Shown in pieces: positions 37,041-50,103 of a stretch of 64,000 nt of DNA (its first letter is position 1; each line of letters opens with the position of its first letter). Below the pieces are notes generated by a model. It was given only the letters and a program-made list of their open reading frames with translations, ran no database searches and was not told the DNA's origin. The position numbers and the translations under genes are program-made. Location of the stretch: the NCBI RefSeq assembly GCF_963921235.1, contig NC_086108.1, positions 36,892,001 through 36,956,000 on the forward strand, given 5' to 3'. The DNA comes from Mobula hypostoma (lineage: Eukaryota).

Positions 37041-37088
37041 GGGACTCAGATAGATATTGGACAAAATGAATTGGATAGTCAGAGCTGG

Positions 37089-37243
37089 GTGGGGTTTACA
37101 GATTGATAGTGTGTTTTCAGACCCATTGAGTGGGGTTTACAGATTGATAGTGTGTTTTCAGACCCATTGAGTGGGGTTTACAGATTGATAGTGTGTTTTC
37201 AGACCCATTGAGTGGGGTTTACAGATTGATAGTGTGTTTTCAG
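37089..37243. repeat. Perfect 41-bp tandem repeat, about 3.75 copies
   Basis: Unit GGGGTTTACAGATTGATAGTGTGTTTTCAGACCCATTGAGT starts at 37091, 37132, 37173 and 37214. Confidence 0.95.
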
Positions 37244-37438
37244 CGATTTGGTGCTTTGCTGTCTCCGAAAGGGCTCTGGGAGATGAGCGACCTTGAGGCC
37301 AAGAGGCTTAGAGATGCGACGCAAGCTCATGACCAACTCAATTTCTCGCCAGTCTTGCCAATTAAAGCATCAAGGCAAATGCGGAAGGTAAGCGTTCAGT
37401 TCCATCTACCAGGCCTTTCGTGTGCCACTGCTGGAGGA

Positions 37439-37473
<35 letters not shown>

Positions 37474-38289
37474 TCACTCACTGTTCCTAAGGGAAGGATC
37501 CTATGTTCCAGTGGTCTCTCCCACCCTTGATGCTGGTAGCAAATTTCTGGGTCCGTGATTTGTGGATTAGACTGTAGTTCCTGGTTTCTCCTTGTTCTGT
37601 TGCTACTTTAGGCGACTTTGAATTGGGGTGGTCTGCAGATAATGGACACTGAGCTGAGCTGAATAATGACTCTTTCGATTTTGTGTTTTATATTCTGTGT
37701 TTTTACTCGTTTCTTCTTGTTTCCATTTGCGTGATTTGTTTTTTGCACGTGGGCTGATGGTGTTGATGTTTTTCTTTGGGCAGTTTCCATGGTTTTCTTT
37801 GTTTCATGGCTGTCTGTAGGAAGACGAATCTCTGGGTTGTATACTGTATGCATACTTTGATTATAAATATACTTTGAATCCTTTAATTTGAATCAGTAAA
37901 TTGATGTTGAATTCCTGTTTGCTCAGGCTATGGGAAGGGAAATGTGAAAAATCAGAGAACTGCAGTTATGACTGATCATATACAATAGACTTCTATCTTT
38001 AGAATAAGATTTTCCAGCCATGTTCTGGCCAGTCACTCAAAGTCTGCCCCATCTAACTGTTGACAGATTTTCACCTTCATTTTCAACCAAGATAATCACA
38101 GATATATCGATAAGCGAGTATTAGCTCGTAGCACAGAGGAGTAGAGGGAAGATGTATCATAGTACTTTATATTGTATTAGCTTACTATGATCTTGCAACT
38201 TCAATAAAGGTAATTCCCCACAGAATAAAGAATTATTGGTTCTTGTATATTATTGAACCGCTAGTTTCGACTCTTGTAGAATGAGTGGT

Positions 38290-38805
38290 AGCAGTGTACA
38301 CACCTGCTTTGTGGCAAAGAAAGCACAACAGCATCTCTTCCTCTTCAGGCAACTGAAGAAGTTTGGCAAGGGCCCCCAGATCCTCAAGACCTTCTACAGG
38401 GGCACCATTGAGAGCATATTGACTGGCTGTATCACCACCTGATACGGGAACTACACCAACCTTGATTGCCAGGCACTGCAGGGAGTGGTACAGACAGCCC
38501 AGTGCATCTATGGCCATGAACTTCCCTCTATTAAGGACATTTATAGCAGCAGGTGCAGAAAGAAGGTCTGGAAGATCATCAGGGACACCAGTCACCCCAG
38601 ACATAAACTGTTTCAGCTGCTTCTGTCTAGCAAATGCTACCACAGCATTAAAGCCAGGATCAACAAGCCATAGGACAGCTTCTTTCTACAAGCCATTAGG
38701 CTTTTAAATTCACATGTCTGTACATTGCAATGGAGTCATAATGCAATGATTTTTACACCCTCACCTTGTGGGATGGATGTAAGGTTTAAATAAATTCTAC
38801 AATTC
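38290..38805 (+). mobile_element. Rex1/Babar 3' fragment
   Basis: KKAQQHLFLFRQLKKFG...FYRGTIESILTGCITT. Homologous to 17390-17960. Confidence 0.8.
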
Positions 38806-39206
38806 TGGTAGTTTAATCCTGACCCACCGTTAATGTAGGTAGGCAAGCAAAGTTACCGGTCCTACAGTCTCCCTGGTAAGTAGGTAATTATTTAATAATT
38901 TTAACACTTCATTGTCCTTTCCTTTGAACTTATTATGAATGACTCTGTTCTTATGCTGATCTTCATTTGTTATTTCTATAACTTTTATAGAATAATATTT
39001 ATATATTCATGATAAATAACTTTGTTCCTTTTTTGTTCCTTTCCTTATTGTTTAATCTTTGTCCTTTTGTTGTCACCATTATCGATTCTCTTTTATTTTT
39101 GCTCTGAATGTATGCATTTTATTTTAATTCCTACTTTGAGTTGTTCCATCAATAATGTACTGTTTTTTGACTTTTGTATGTGGGATATGTTTCTGGAGGT
39201 CTAAGA

Positions 39207-39760
39207 GCCAGTCCTCATCAGGAGATCAGAGGTGGAGAGGGTCAGCAACTTTAAATTCCTTGGAATCTGTCCTGGGTCCAGTGCATAATTGCCATTTCAA
39301 AGCAGGCACGGCAGTACCTCGACTTTCTTAGAAGTTCTTGAGGGTTCGGCATGTCATCTGAAACTTTGACAAACCCCCACTTTCCAGGCCATGCTCTCAT
39401 TTCATTGCTGCCATCCGGCAGGAGGTACAGGAGCCTCAGAACTTACACTGCCAGGTTCAGGAAAAGTTATTTTCCCTCAACCATCCAGCTCTTGAGCCAA
39501 AGGGGATAACTTCACTCAGCTTTGCTCACCCTAACACTGAACTGATTCCACAATCTATGGACTCATTTTCAAGAACTCTACAACTCATGTTCATGATATT
39601 TATTGCTTATTTTTTATTATTATTATTTTAGTTTTTTCCCCTCTTTTTTGTATTTGCACAGCTTGTTGTGTTTTGCACATTGGTCGTTTGTTGTGTGCAG
39701 CTTTTCATTGATTCTATTTTGTTTCTTTGCATTTACTGTGAATGCTCATAAGTAAATGAA
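39207..39760 (+). mobile_element. Rex1/Babar 3' fragment, internally deleted
   Basis: EVERVSNFKFLG, LPSGRRYRSL, AATAAA end. Confidence 0.7.
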
Positions 39761-40344
39761 TCTCAGGATAGTATATGGCGTATTTGTATTTTGATAATAA
39801 ATTTATTTTGATCTTCGAATTTTGTTTGTCTCCATTGGTCACCATTTAAAATATTTCTCGTTGCTTTTCTATTTCTGTCAGTAACATTTTTCACTTCTGT
39901 CAGACTAGCTTCAATATCAGTTGCTTAAATTCAGCATTTTTTTACACTTTATTTATATGGCTCTCTGATTATTAATCTTTATCCTAAACGGAATTGCATT
40001 ATTGTGTTGTAATATTTATTGCCCAGATGTTACCCATACTTATATCTCTTATATTTATTTGGATATTCTCTCACTTCTACTCTAGCAATGTTCTTAAATA
40101 TCTGCGTAGAAAAGAATTTCAGAAGGAATACAGCTTGCCTCCTTTCTTTTAATGGTGCAGTGGACACAGTTTGTCAGGATTTATTAAAGTTGTGGAAGGT
40201 GGAATACAGCCAGTGCACAACTAAATGGATCAAGGTGTATAAATTGGCCAGTGAAAGTTCTCCAGATAGAACAGGATGGCAGATCTGATTATATGGACAT
40301 TGAGGGGGTGGGGTAGACCCAATAATCGTAGAGCTTAACTAGCT

Positions 40345-41474
40345 CAAACACGAGAAAGTCTGCAGGTGCTGGAAATTCAAGCAACACTGACAGAATGCTG
40401 GTGAATGCAGCAGGCCAGGCAGCATTGATAGGAAGAAGCACAGTCAACGTTTTGGGTCGAGACCCTTCATCAGGACTAACGGAAAAAGAGGTAGTAAGAG
40501 ATTTGAAAGTGGGAGGGGGGGGGTAGATTTGAAATGATAGGAGAAGACAGGAGGGGGAGGGATGAAGCCAAGAGCTGGGAAGTTGATTGGCAAAAGGGAT
40601 ACAAGGCTGGAGAAGGGGGAGGATCATGGGATGGAAGGTCTTGGGAGAAAGAAAAGGGGAGGAGAGCACCAGAGGAAGATGGAGAACAGGCAAGGAGTTA
40701 TTGTGAGAGGGAAAGAGAGAAAAAAAATTAAAAATTGGGGATGGGGTAAGAAGGTGAGGAGGGGCATTAACGGAAGTTAGAGGAATTTATGTTCATGCCA
40801 TCAGGTTGGAGGCTACCCAGACGGAATATAAGGTGTTGTTCCTCCAACCTGAGTGTGGCTTCATCTTGACAGTAGAGGAGGCCGTGGATAGACATATCAG
40901 AATGGGAATGGGATGTGGAATTAAAATGTGTGGCCACTGGGAGATCCTGCTTCCTCTAGCAGGTAGATCCATGGCCTCCTCTACTATCGAGATGAAGCCA
41001 CACTCAGGTTGGAGGAACAACACCTTATATTCCATCTGGGTAGCCTCCAACCTGATGACATGAACATTGATTTCTCTAACTTCTATTAATGCCTCTCCTC
41101 CCATTCTTACCCCATCCCCAATTTTTAAATTTTTTTTCTCTCTTTCCGTCTCACGACAACTCCCTGCCTGTTCTCCATCTTCCTCTGGTTATCCCCTCCC
41201 CCTTTCTTTCTCCCTCTGCCTCCCGTCCTATGATCCTTTCCCTTCTCCAGCCCTTATCTCTTTTGCCAATCAACTTCCCAGCTCTTAGCTTCATCTCTCC
41301 CCCTCCTGTCTTCTCCTATCATTTCAGGTCTCCCCTCCCCCTCCCACTTCCAAATCTCTTACTATCTCTTTTTTCCATTAGTCCTGACGAAGGGTCTCGA
41401 CCCAAAATGTCGACTGTACTTCTTCCTATAGATGCTGCCTGGCCTGCTGCATTCCACCAGCATTTTGTGTGTGT
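40345..41474 (-). mobile_element. Fold-back PLE with perfect 13-bp TSD
   Basis: TSD AGCTTAACTAGCT at 40332-40344 and 41475-41487. Minus arm 40345 to about 40955, plus arm about 40967-41474. Both arms carry the GIY-YIG C-terminus. Hammerhead-like motifs at 40442-40477(-) and 41380-41415(+). Confidence 0.92.
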
Positions 41475-42469
41475 AGCTTAACTAGCTACTAACCAGTTTA
41501 CACTATCACCTAACTACCCCACTGTTTGGCCAAGGTTCTGGTTAAAAAAAAAGGTGAGGGGAGAAAATACTGAAATAAATCAAAAGCAGTGAAGTACAAC
41601 TTTGATTTGTTTTGAGGACACCTGAAGTGAAAGTGTGCAGTGGTATTTAGCTATTGAAAATGTGACCTGACATATAAAACTTAATGGATATTTTACAGTA
41701 AAACTGCTTCATTTTGCTAAGTCTGTTGGACATGTCATGGCTTAGCTATCCCCAACAGCACTATCACTCTCCTCCAAACCAGCCCCCCCGCCCCCACCAA
41801 ATGCACCACCACCGGGAATTGCTTTGAAGACCGTTGGAGTCCTGTCCACGTGCAGAAGGCTCCAGTAGCTCGCCTTAGGTTTAGCTAATTTCAGCCAACC
41901 TTCAGACCTTTTCATTTAGATGTGCGGGGCTTCAGTTCATCATTCTGATGCATCACGTGTTTTTTTGTCAGTAATTTTTGTGCAATGAATTCAGTGCCAC
42001 CATTGTAAAGCAGGATGTCGATAGAAACATCATGATAGCTGAAGGCAACAGGAAACATAGCTGTGATATCTAAATACACCCTCTAATTTTTACACTAATA
42101 ATGAAACTGGAAATTTTCATTAGTGCCAAAGACAGCTTAGAATATAATTGCTATTATATGATTATTCCTATAGGGCAGTATTTAATGATCATTTAGCAAT
42201 ATGGAAGACCTATACATATCGCCAATAATTTGATTTAATTTACCGCAGACATTGGTTCTATTTTGAGATTTAAAAGAAAGATTGATTTGTGTAGATTGGT
42301 GCATTATACTGGTAAGCTTTCCAATTTGCTTATGCTTAAATGAATTCATTGTTCTTTTGTTAGAAATATTATGTAACAATTATGCATAATTACTGTATGT
42401 ATAATTGGTATGCAGTAGTTAGATGTCCACAAGCTAACGTAACTTATTATCATTAATTGGTAGCTCTCT

Positions 42470-42790
42470 TGCTTTCAGCCAGGATGTTCAAATCACAAAG
42501 ACTTGAGAACAAACATATTCGCAGACACTGCAGGGCAACACAGAGAGAGGAGACTGTTGATGATGTTATCTTTCAGCAGAGATGTTAAACTGAGGGCTTG
42601 TCTGCTGTCCTGGATGGAACTAAAGGTGTTTGGCCTATGTTTAAAACTCAATTAACATTCCTGGGAAGAATAATATTACTATAATGCTGTTTGGAAAAGC
42701 AGCACATTGGAATCTGCTTTCCCAATGCTGAAATAGCATCTGTATTTCTTTAGCTGAAATACACTTTGGAAAGCCCTGAAAGCAATGTGA
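42470..42790 (+). mobile_element. Ancient Deu-domain-like SINE remnant
   Basis: TCTTTCAGCAGAGATGTTAAACTGAGGGCTTGTCTGC resembles the DeuSINE/AmnSINE core. Similar remnants lie at about 23250-23400(-) and 50590-50740. Confidence 0.4.
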
Positions 42791-43574
42791 AAGGCAGTAG
42801 TTAAATGGAAATCTTTTTTTCTCATTTCAATATTTGCATGTTTATTGTTGTGCCTTTAATATTCTTCCACTATCATATTATTTATAAACTTACTAGTGTC
42901 AGTAAATTACACTGTTAGATCGTGGCAAAAAAAAAGATAACTTACAGTGAGTAGGATATAAAGCTATCAGCAACACCAGCAGTGAAGCCACAGTAAACTC
43001 TGTCAGACAATTAAACAACTAGGACAGCTGATGGAATAAAGCCAAAATCTTGCACTATCAATACATACGAAAAGTCAAAATTTTTTTTTGAAAATCCCAT
43101 TGAGGCCAAAACATGTCATATGTCACCACCGTATCTGCTGATATCTTCCAAAAGCTAAACTTACATTATGCACTGACATTTGCACAATCCCTGTCACTGT
43201 TGATAGCCCTATAAGTGAAGCAAAAGTAAAATTTAAATTCAACATAATGATGTTTCTACCTTTGGCTATTGCTGCAGCTACTGCTATCTCCCCTGAGGCT
43301 AATCTTAACCTGCCTTTTAACCTGCCATTTCTGGCACTGTCTATCTTTGTGACATCTCAAGCATTTCAACTCATTGAAGCCTACAGTTTGAAGATATATT
43401 GGGAAGGGAAATCAAAGCTGAATGCTTGTAAGTCTCCTTCAGCTCTCACTGCTGTTCGTTTGCTTAAGGTCATTTTCTGCCCACAGCAAAGTTTATAATT
43501 TCTGATAGCACCACTCCCCATGAGCTCAAAGCCTTTTTCACCCATTCTAAATCTATTCCGGTAGATTAAGCAAG

Positions 43575-43820
43575 GCGTTCCTTCTTCACCTTTCCTGCCT
43601 ATCACCTCCCTGCTTCGCCTCCCCCACCCCTTTATCTTTCCCCTTACTGGTTTTTCACCTGGAACCTACCAGCCTTCTCCTTCCCACCCTCCCCCCACCT
43701 TTATAGGGCTTCTGCCCCTTCCCTCTTCAGTCCTGACTAAGGGTTCCGGCCCGAAGCATTAACTGATCGTTTCCACGGATGCTGCCCGACCTGCTGAGTT
43801 CCTCCAGCGTGTTGTGAGCA
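43575..43820 (+). mobile_element. PLE pseudo-LTR fragment
   Basis: CT-rich tract, degenerate hammerhead at 43729-43764, GATGCTGCCCGACCTGCTGAGTTCCTCCAGC. Stops at GTTGTG. Confidence 0.8.
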
Positions 43821-44610
43821 TCCCTAGATCCAGCCCTAAAATTGATGCTTTTTATTACTCTGGCACCCCTTGTTTGATTTCTGTGTTGTGTCACCGTGGT
43901 CAGCTCTGTGTCATCAGACAGGTTATTTGATTAAATATTATAGATAAGCATGAATTTTCCTCAGTTAAGCATTAGAGAAACCTTTTGTCTCCTACCAAAA
44001 TCTCCATATGCTTAACGCTGATTAAATCACTCTGTTGGGCTGTACACTTGGGTTACATCAGATGGTGGAATCAGTGAGAAATAGGCATGATTATTCTCAG
44101 AAATTAAAAAACTCATCACGTGCAAAAATGCAAAGCAATATTATGGAAAACCTTGATACATTAATAAAGTGGTATAATGATGCTCCAATGTGTTATATAG
44201 AAACTAATCTCCATTTTCATGAAATTCTTTCCATTATTATAAAATATAATAAAATTTCAAAGTGTGATGTTTTGATGTGGAACGTTCAGTCCGATGGAAT
44301 CCAGGGAGAGTTAGTTAGGTGGATTCACAATTAGCTTGGAGGTAGAAAGCGGAGGGTGGTAGTTGAACTTTGTTTCTCAGAATGGAGGCCAGTGACCCGA
44401 GGTGTGTCACAGGGGTCAGTGTTGGGACCCTTGTTATTTGTAATTTATATGAATGATTTGCAAATGATTGATCAGGAAATTTGCAGATGACATGAAAAAA
44501 GCTGTTGTTTCAAAAGTGAAGAAGATTATTGTAGATTACATGGGTGTCTTGATCAGTAGGAAATGAGCCAAGGGGTGCCAAATAATTTCTGTACGGATAA
44601 TTGTAAGGTG

Positions 44611-44845
44611 GGGAGGGAGCGAACGTCGACTCAGACCATGAGAGGCCTGCGTCGGGCATTTTCATGCCTTGCAAGGCGCAGATTGGAAGTCTGTGTGGGG
44701 TGCCACTCCTTTCACAGACTAAAGCATTGTGTGATTAAGTGCCTTGCTCAAGGGCACAAACACACTGCCACAGCTGAGGCTTGAACTAGTGACCTTGAGG
44801 TAGCTAGACAAATGCCTTAACCACTTGGCCACGTGCCCAACACAC
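44611..44845 (-). mobile_element. tRNA-derived SINE
   Basis: 11-bp TSD ATTGTAAGGTG (44600-44610 and 44846-44856). Minus-strand A box TGGCCAAGTGG and B box AGTTCAAGCC. Confidence 0.85.
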
Positions 44846-45063
44846 ATTGTAAGGTGAATCATCCTGGAAAGTCAAAGAAACCTAGGACTTGTACAATAAA
44901 TGGTAGCGAACTAGGATGCATAATGGAGTAGAGGGACTTTTGAGGTCAAATGCATCATTTGGAGAAAAGAACATTACAAGTAGACAATGTGGTGACAAAG
45001 ACGTTTAGCATGCTTTGTTCCTCAGTCAGGGCGTTGAGTATACTGTAAGAGTTGGGACATTAT

Positions 45064-45277
45064 ATATATAACCACATAACTATATAACAATTACAGCACG
45101 GAAACAGGCCATCTCGGCCCTTCTAGTCCGTGCCGAACTCTGACCCTATCCTAGTCCCACCGACCTGTACTCAACCCATAACCCTCCATTCCTTTCCTGT
45201 CCATATATCTATCCAATTTAACTTTAAATGACAACATAGAACCTGCCTCAACCACTTCTGCTGGAAGCTCGTTCCAC
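45064..45277 (-). mobile_element. CR1 3'-end fragment, antisense inside the older CR1
   Basis: ACATTAT duplicated at 45057-63 and 45278-84. Reverse-complement CR1 3' hairpin and tail. Confidence 0.7.
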
Positions 45278-46239
45278 ACATTATGTTGTAGTTGTATAAG
45301 TCATTGATGAGAGCTTACCTGAGTACTCTATACAGTTTTAATGACCATGTTATTGGAAAGACATGGATAAGCCATAAAGGATAGAGAAAAGATTTATGAG
45401 GATATAGCCAGAACTGGTGTTATAGAGGAAGATTGGTCAGATGAGATTTTTATATTTTCTTTAAAGAGGCTTATAAGATCATGAGGGCCATAGATAAGGT
45501 GGATGGCAGCAGTCTTCTCCCCAAGGTAGGGGAGTTCAAAATCAGGGTGACATAGATTTAAGGTGGGAGAGACAAGATTTAAAAGAGACTTAAGGACAAC
45601 TTTTTCATGCATAGGGTGCTGAGTATATGGAATAAAGAAGTTAGAGGAAGAGGTTGAGGCAGGTAGAATATTATCAATGAAGGTTATTGGATAGCTATAT
45701 ACAGGGGCGGGGCTTTGAAGATACTGGCCAAATAAAGGAAATTGGGTTGACCTGGGTGGACACCCCTGTTGACCTGGGGGGCCATACTGCTTTATGACTC
45801 TATGACTCTGTCATGGCCTGGTCAATGTTCATCCCCAGATCAAGACTATTATTATTGGATGAACATTTCTGGATTCAGATTTTCAAACATGTTCCAATTA
45901 TTACCACATTTCAAAACTATTTCATTGACTGAAAAGTGCTTTTGGATGTAGAGAGACTGTAAAAAATTTTATGTCAGGACAAATGTGTTCTTGATTTTAC
46001 ATTGAAAAGTATTGCCTGAACATCCCATTGCCAATTCCCTATCCACAGAGGAACATTGCATTTTGGTTAAGTACTATATCCAGAGATCTGAAGAATTGAA
46101 CTGATGACTCAAGTTTAGATCTCACCATGGCAATAAGGAAAATTAAATTCAGTTAAGTGTCTGATACCATCAGATTGCCACAATCTCATCTTGTTCACCA
46201 ATGAACTCAGAGAAGAAAAACTGCCACCCTTAACTGACA

Positions 46240-49200
46240 GAATAGGCCAACGACACATGACAAAGTAGATCAACGTCAGCATGGTTTCCTTAAGCGGAAA
46301 ACTTGCTTGACAAATCTGTTGGAAATCTTTGAGGAAATAACAGGCCGGATAGACAAAGGAGAGTCAGTGGATATTGTTTACTTGGATTTTCAGAAGGCCC
46401 TTGACAAGGTGCTGCACATGAGGCTGCTTAACAAGTTAAGAGTCCATGATATTACAAGAAAGATACCAGCACGGTTAGAAGATTGGCTGACTGGCAGGAG
46501 GCAAAGAGTGGGAGTAAAGGGGGCTTTTTCTGGTAGGCTGCTGGTGTCCAGTTGTGTTCCACAGGGGTCTGTCTTGGCACCGCTGCTTTTCGCGTTTTAG
46601 GTCAATGATTGGGATGATGGAATTGATGACTTTAGCCAAAGTTTGTGGACGATACAAAGATAGGTGGAGGGCTTCTCCGTGGACTGTCACCTTGTCGTGG
46701 TGGAGAGACTTGTGTGGTCCTGTGATCCCGAGAGCGATGCCATCTGGAGCTATGCTCCTGGTAGGGTCACTCATGGCGGTAAGGTCGAGGATGAGGTCCC
46801 TGACAAAGAACAATCCAACCAAGACCTCAACGGTGGAACAGGTGGACAAAGTTACTTCGAACTCAACAGCTGTGAAAGCGGATGAAGGCTGCAACAAATC
46901 TATCAGCTCCAATTGTTGTGGTTTCCATGCCATTGGAATCAATTGGTTGATTTGTGAAGTATCATGTGATTCTTGGAGAGCAACGTCAAGTACACGTTAA
47001 ACAAATACACGCACAGGCATCTTCGCTCTGTGGGCCACTTCTTCAAGTCTGTCGGCGATCGGGGGAGGGCGACGGGAGCAGGCAATGTGATGGCTGGAAG
47101 CTCCTGGTCAAGAACTGGCACGTAAGCGGTGAATACTTGATTCAGTCGCTCAACTTTTGGACAGAAGCAGGAAAGTTGTTCAGCAGCAGTATTCACGTCT
47201 GAGCATCCCTATTTAGGATCCACTCTGCTCACCCTGAACTGGGAAAGGGCTAGAAAAGGTACCCTAAAAATAGTCTGCTTCACCCCATCCTGTATGGAAA
47301 GCCGCGTCCAGAGGGATCACCATCATGTGGTCGAAAAACATTGAGAAGTGAAACTATGAAATTTGGAACCTGGAATATATGAACTCTGATGGATAACCCA
47401 AACTCCGACCGACCAGAGAGGAGAACTGCCTTTGTTGCCCAGGAACTCCAAAAATTCAACTTTGACATTTTTGCTCTGAGTGAGACCCGCAGAGCTGGAG
47501 AAGGGCAACTAAAGGAAGAGCAAGGTCAATACAACTTTTTCTGGAAAGGACTTGATCTTGAACAACTGAGGATCCATGGAGTAGGTTTTGTTATCCGAAA
47601 CAGCCTACTTCAGAAGCTGACAGGGCAACCACTGGGAATCAATGAATGTCTCATGACTCTGCGAATCCAGCTTGTCAAGAATCAAGATCTGGATAAATGA
47701 AGACGTACCAGCAGACTTTAGAGACTCAGCAATCGTTACCATCTACAAAGGGAAAGGCAATCGATTTGAATGCGGAAACTATTGTGGAATTTCCCGTTAG
47801 CAACAGCAGGAAAGATCCTCACCCACAGCATGAACAACTGGCTCAAGCCTTTAGCCAAGAAGATCCTTCCAGAGACACAAGCCGGTTTTAGACCATCAGG
47901 TGGAGCAATCGACATGATCTTCACAATGGGACAACTACAAGAAAAATGTCGTGAATAACTTCAACCTTTGTACATGGCATTCATCGACCTCACCAAAGCC
48001 TTTGACTCGGTATCAAGGGAACTCTTATGGGATGTCCTATCCACCTATGGATGACCTGAAAAGTACTTTCGAATCCTGAGTCTCCTCCACGATGACATGC
48101 TTGCCACAGTCATGGTCAGCAACAGTAACTGTAGTAACTGTGAGCCTTTTCAAGTTAGATCAGGAGTAAAACAGGAGTAAAGCAGGGATGCGTGATTGCT
48201 CCAATCTTATTCACCATCTTCATTGTGACAATCATCCACATTATTGAGCACGACCTACCCCCCAAGAATCGAAATTGTCTACAGAGCAGATGGCAGACTT
48301 TTCAATCTTGCCCGTCTCAAGTCCAAAAACAAGACATCCGCGAGTTCCATCATCGAGTTCCAATACGCAGATGACAACAGTGTTGCAGCTCTTTCAGAAA
48401 ACAACCTACAACAGATTCTGACTGCCTTCAACCATGCATACATGAAACTTGGGCTTAATCTTGGACATCAATTCCAAGAAGACTCAGATCATCTACCAAC
48501 CGTCACCAACTGAGACAAATCGGATAGAACCATCAATTCAAATTGACGAAATAACACTGGAAAACATGGACCACTTTCCGTATCTTGGAAGTCATCTCTC
48601 CTCCAATGTCGACCTTAATGACGAGATCCAACATCGTCTTCAATGCGCTGGAACAGCTTTTGGACGTCTCCAAAAAAAAGTCTTCCATGATCGTGACATC
48701 CGAACAGACACCAAAATGTTAGTGTACAAAGCAGTGGTAATCCCAACACTCCTGTATGCATCAGAAACCTGGACAACATACCGACGACATCTGAAGGTAC
48801 CTGAAAAGTTCCATCAATGCTGTCTTCGAAACATCTTAAATATCATCTGGGAAGATAGAAGAACCAACGTCAGTGTGCTAAATGAAGCAAAAACAACAAG
48901 CATTGAAGCCTACATCATCAAGATCCAACTAAGATGGAGCGGTCATGTTGTTCGGATGAAAGACGAACGTCTGCTGAAACAAATCTTCTACTCCCAGCTT
49001 AAAGAAGGCACACGTAAAAGAGGCGGACAACAGAAGTGATTCAAAGACGTCTTAAAAGCCAACATGAAGAAATGTAACATCGACATCAACAATTGGGAAA
49101 CCAATACCAAGGACAGGAAACTCTGGCAAGCCGTCATCCGAGAAGGAACAGCAACTTTCGAAGCCAACAGATGTGCAGAATTAGAAGAAAAGAGAAGAAC

Positions 49201-50103
49201 ATGGAAAGAGAGGCAGCAACAACCAAAGCCTGATCTGCCATCTGGAACTACCTGTCCTAAATGCAAAAGAACTTTCAAAGCCAAGATTGGACTGATAAGC
49301 CACTTGAGAGCCCATAAATAGATCATTAGAATGAAGACCATCATCCTCGACCTCGAAGGATAGCCACGATGAGGTGGAGGGGCAGGTAGTTTTGAGGAAG
49401 TTGAGAGGCTACATAAGGACCTAGACAGATTAGGAGAATGGCCAAAGAAATGGCAGATGGAATACAGTGTAGGGAAGTGTATGGTCATGCACTTTGGTAG
49501 AAAGAATAAAGGTATAATCTATTTTCTAAATGGGGAGAAAATTCAGAAATCAGAGGTGCAAAGGGATTTGAGAGTCCTCATGCAGGATTCTGTAAAGGTT
49601 AAGTTGCAGGTTGAGAGAGATCGAGAATACAAAAGCAAGGAAGTGATGCTGAGGGTTTATAGGGCACTGGTCAGACTGCTCTTCGAGTATTGTGAGCAGT
49701 TTCCGGCCCTTTATCGAAGAAAAAATGTACTGACATTGGAGAGGATCCAGAGGGGGTTCACAAAGATTATTCCAGGAATGAACAGGTTAATGAATGAGGA
49801 GGGTTTGAAAGGCCTAGAGAGAGTGAATATGGAAGAATCTAGGACCAGAGGCACAGTTCAGAATAGAAGGACATCCATTAGAAAAGAGAAGAGGAGGAAT
49901 TTGTTTAACAAAATGATGGAATTCATTGTCACAGACAGATGTGTAGATAAGCAATTGCGCATATTTAAGAGTGTCAAAGATTATGGGGTGAAAGCAGGGG
50001 AATGGGGTTGAAAGGGATAATAAATCAGCCACGATGGAATGGCAGAGCAGACTCAATGGGCTGAATGAGCTAATTCCGCTCTCATGTCTTATGGCCTTAT
50101 GGT
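46240..50103 (+). mobile_element. CR1 RT-to-3' end fragment split by the RTE insertion
   Basis: CLTNLLE, YLDFQKA, VPQGSVLAP, KFVDDTKIGG, interrupted then resumed at 49372. Ends CTTATGGCCTTATGG. Confidence 0.85.
46672..49371 (+). mobile_element. RTE (BovB/Expander-like) LINE, both ends intact, internally deleted
   Basis: 10-bp TSD AGGTGGAGGG (46662-71 and 49372-81). FGTWNI, RPERRTA, ALSETR, HGVGF; RT QAGFRP, AFIDLTKAFDSV, GVKQGCVIAP, QYADD, YLGSHL, LRWSGHVVRM; C-terminal CPKC...SHLRAH. Confidence 0.92.

Larger units (their letters stand above)
44270..45810 (+). mobile_element. Old CR1 3' half with two nested insertions
   Basis: [27 protein letters not shown]1 3' end with a (TATGACTC) tail. 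Confidence 0.75.

Noticed and set aside
37089..37243. CRISPR-like array
   Set aside because: The units are contiguous and identical, with no unique spacers and no cas genes, in a eukaryotic context.
44770..44845. tRNA gene
   Set aside because: The A and B boxes belong to a TSD-flanked SINE head, and no complete cloverleaf is evident.
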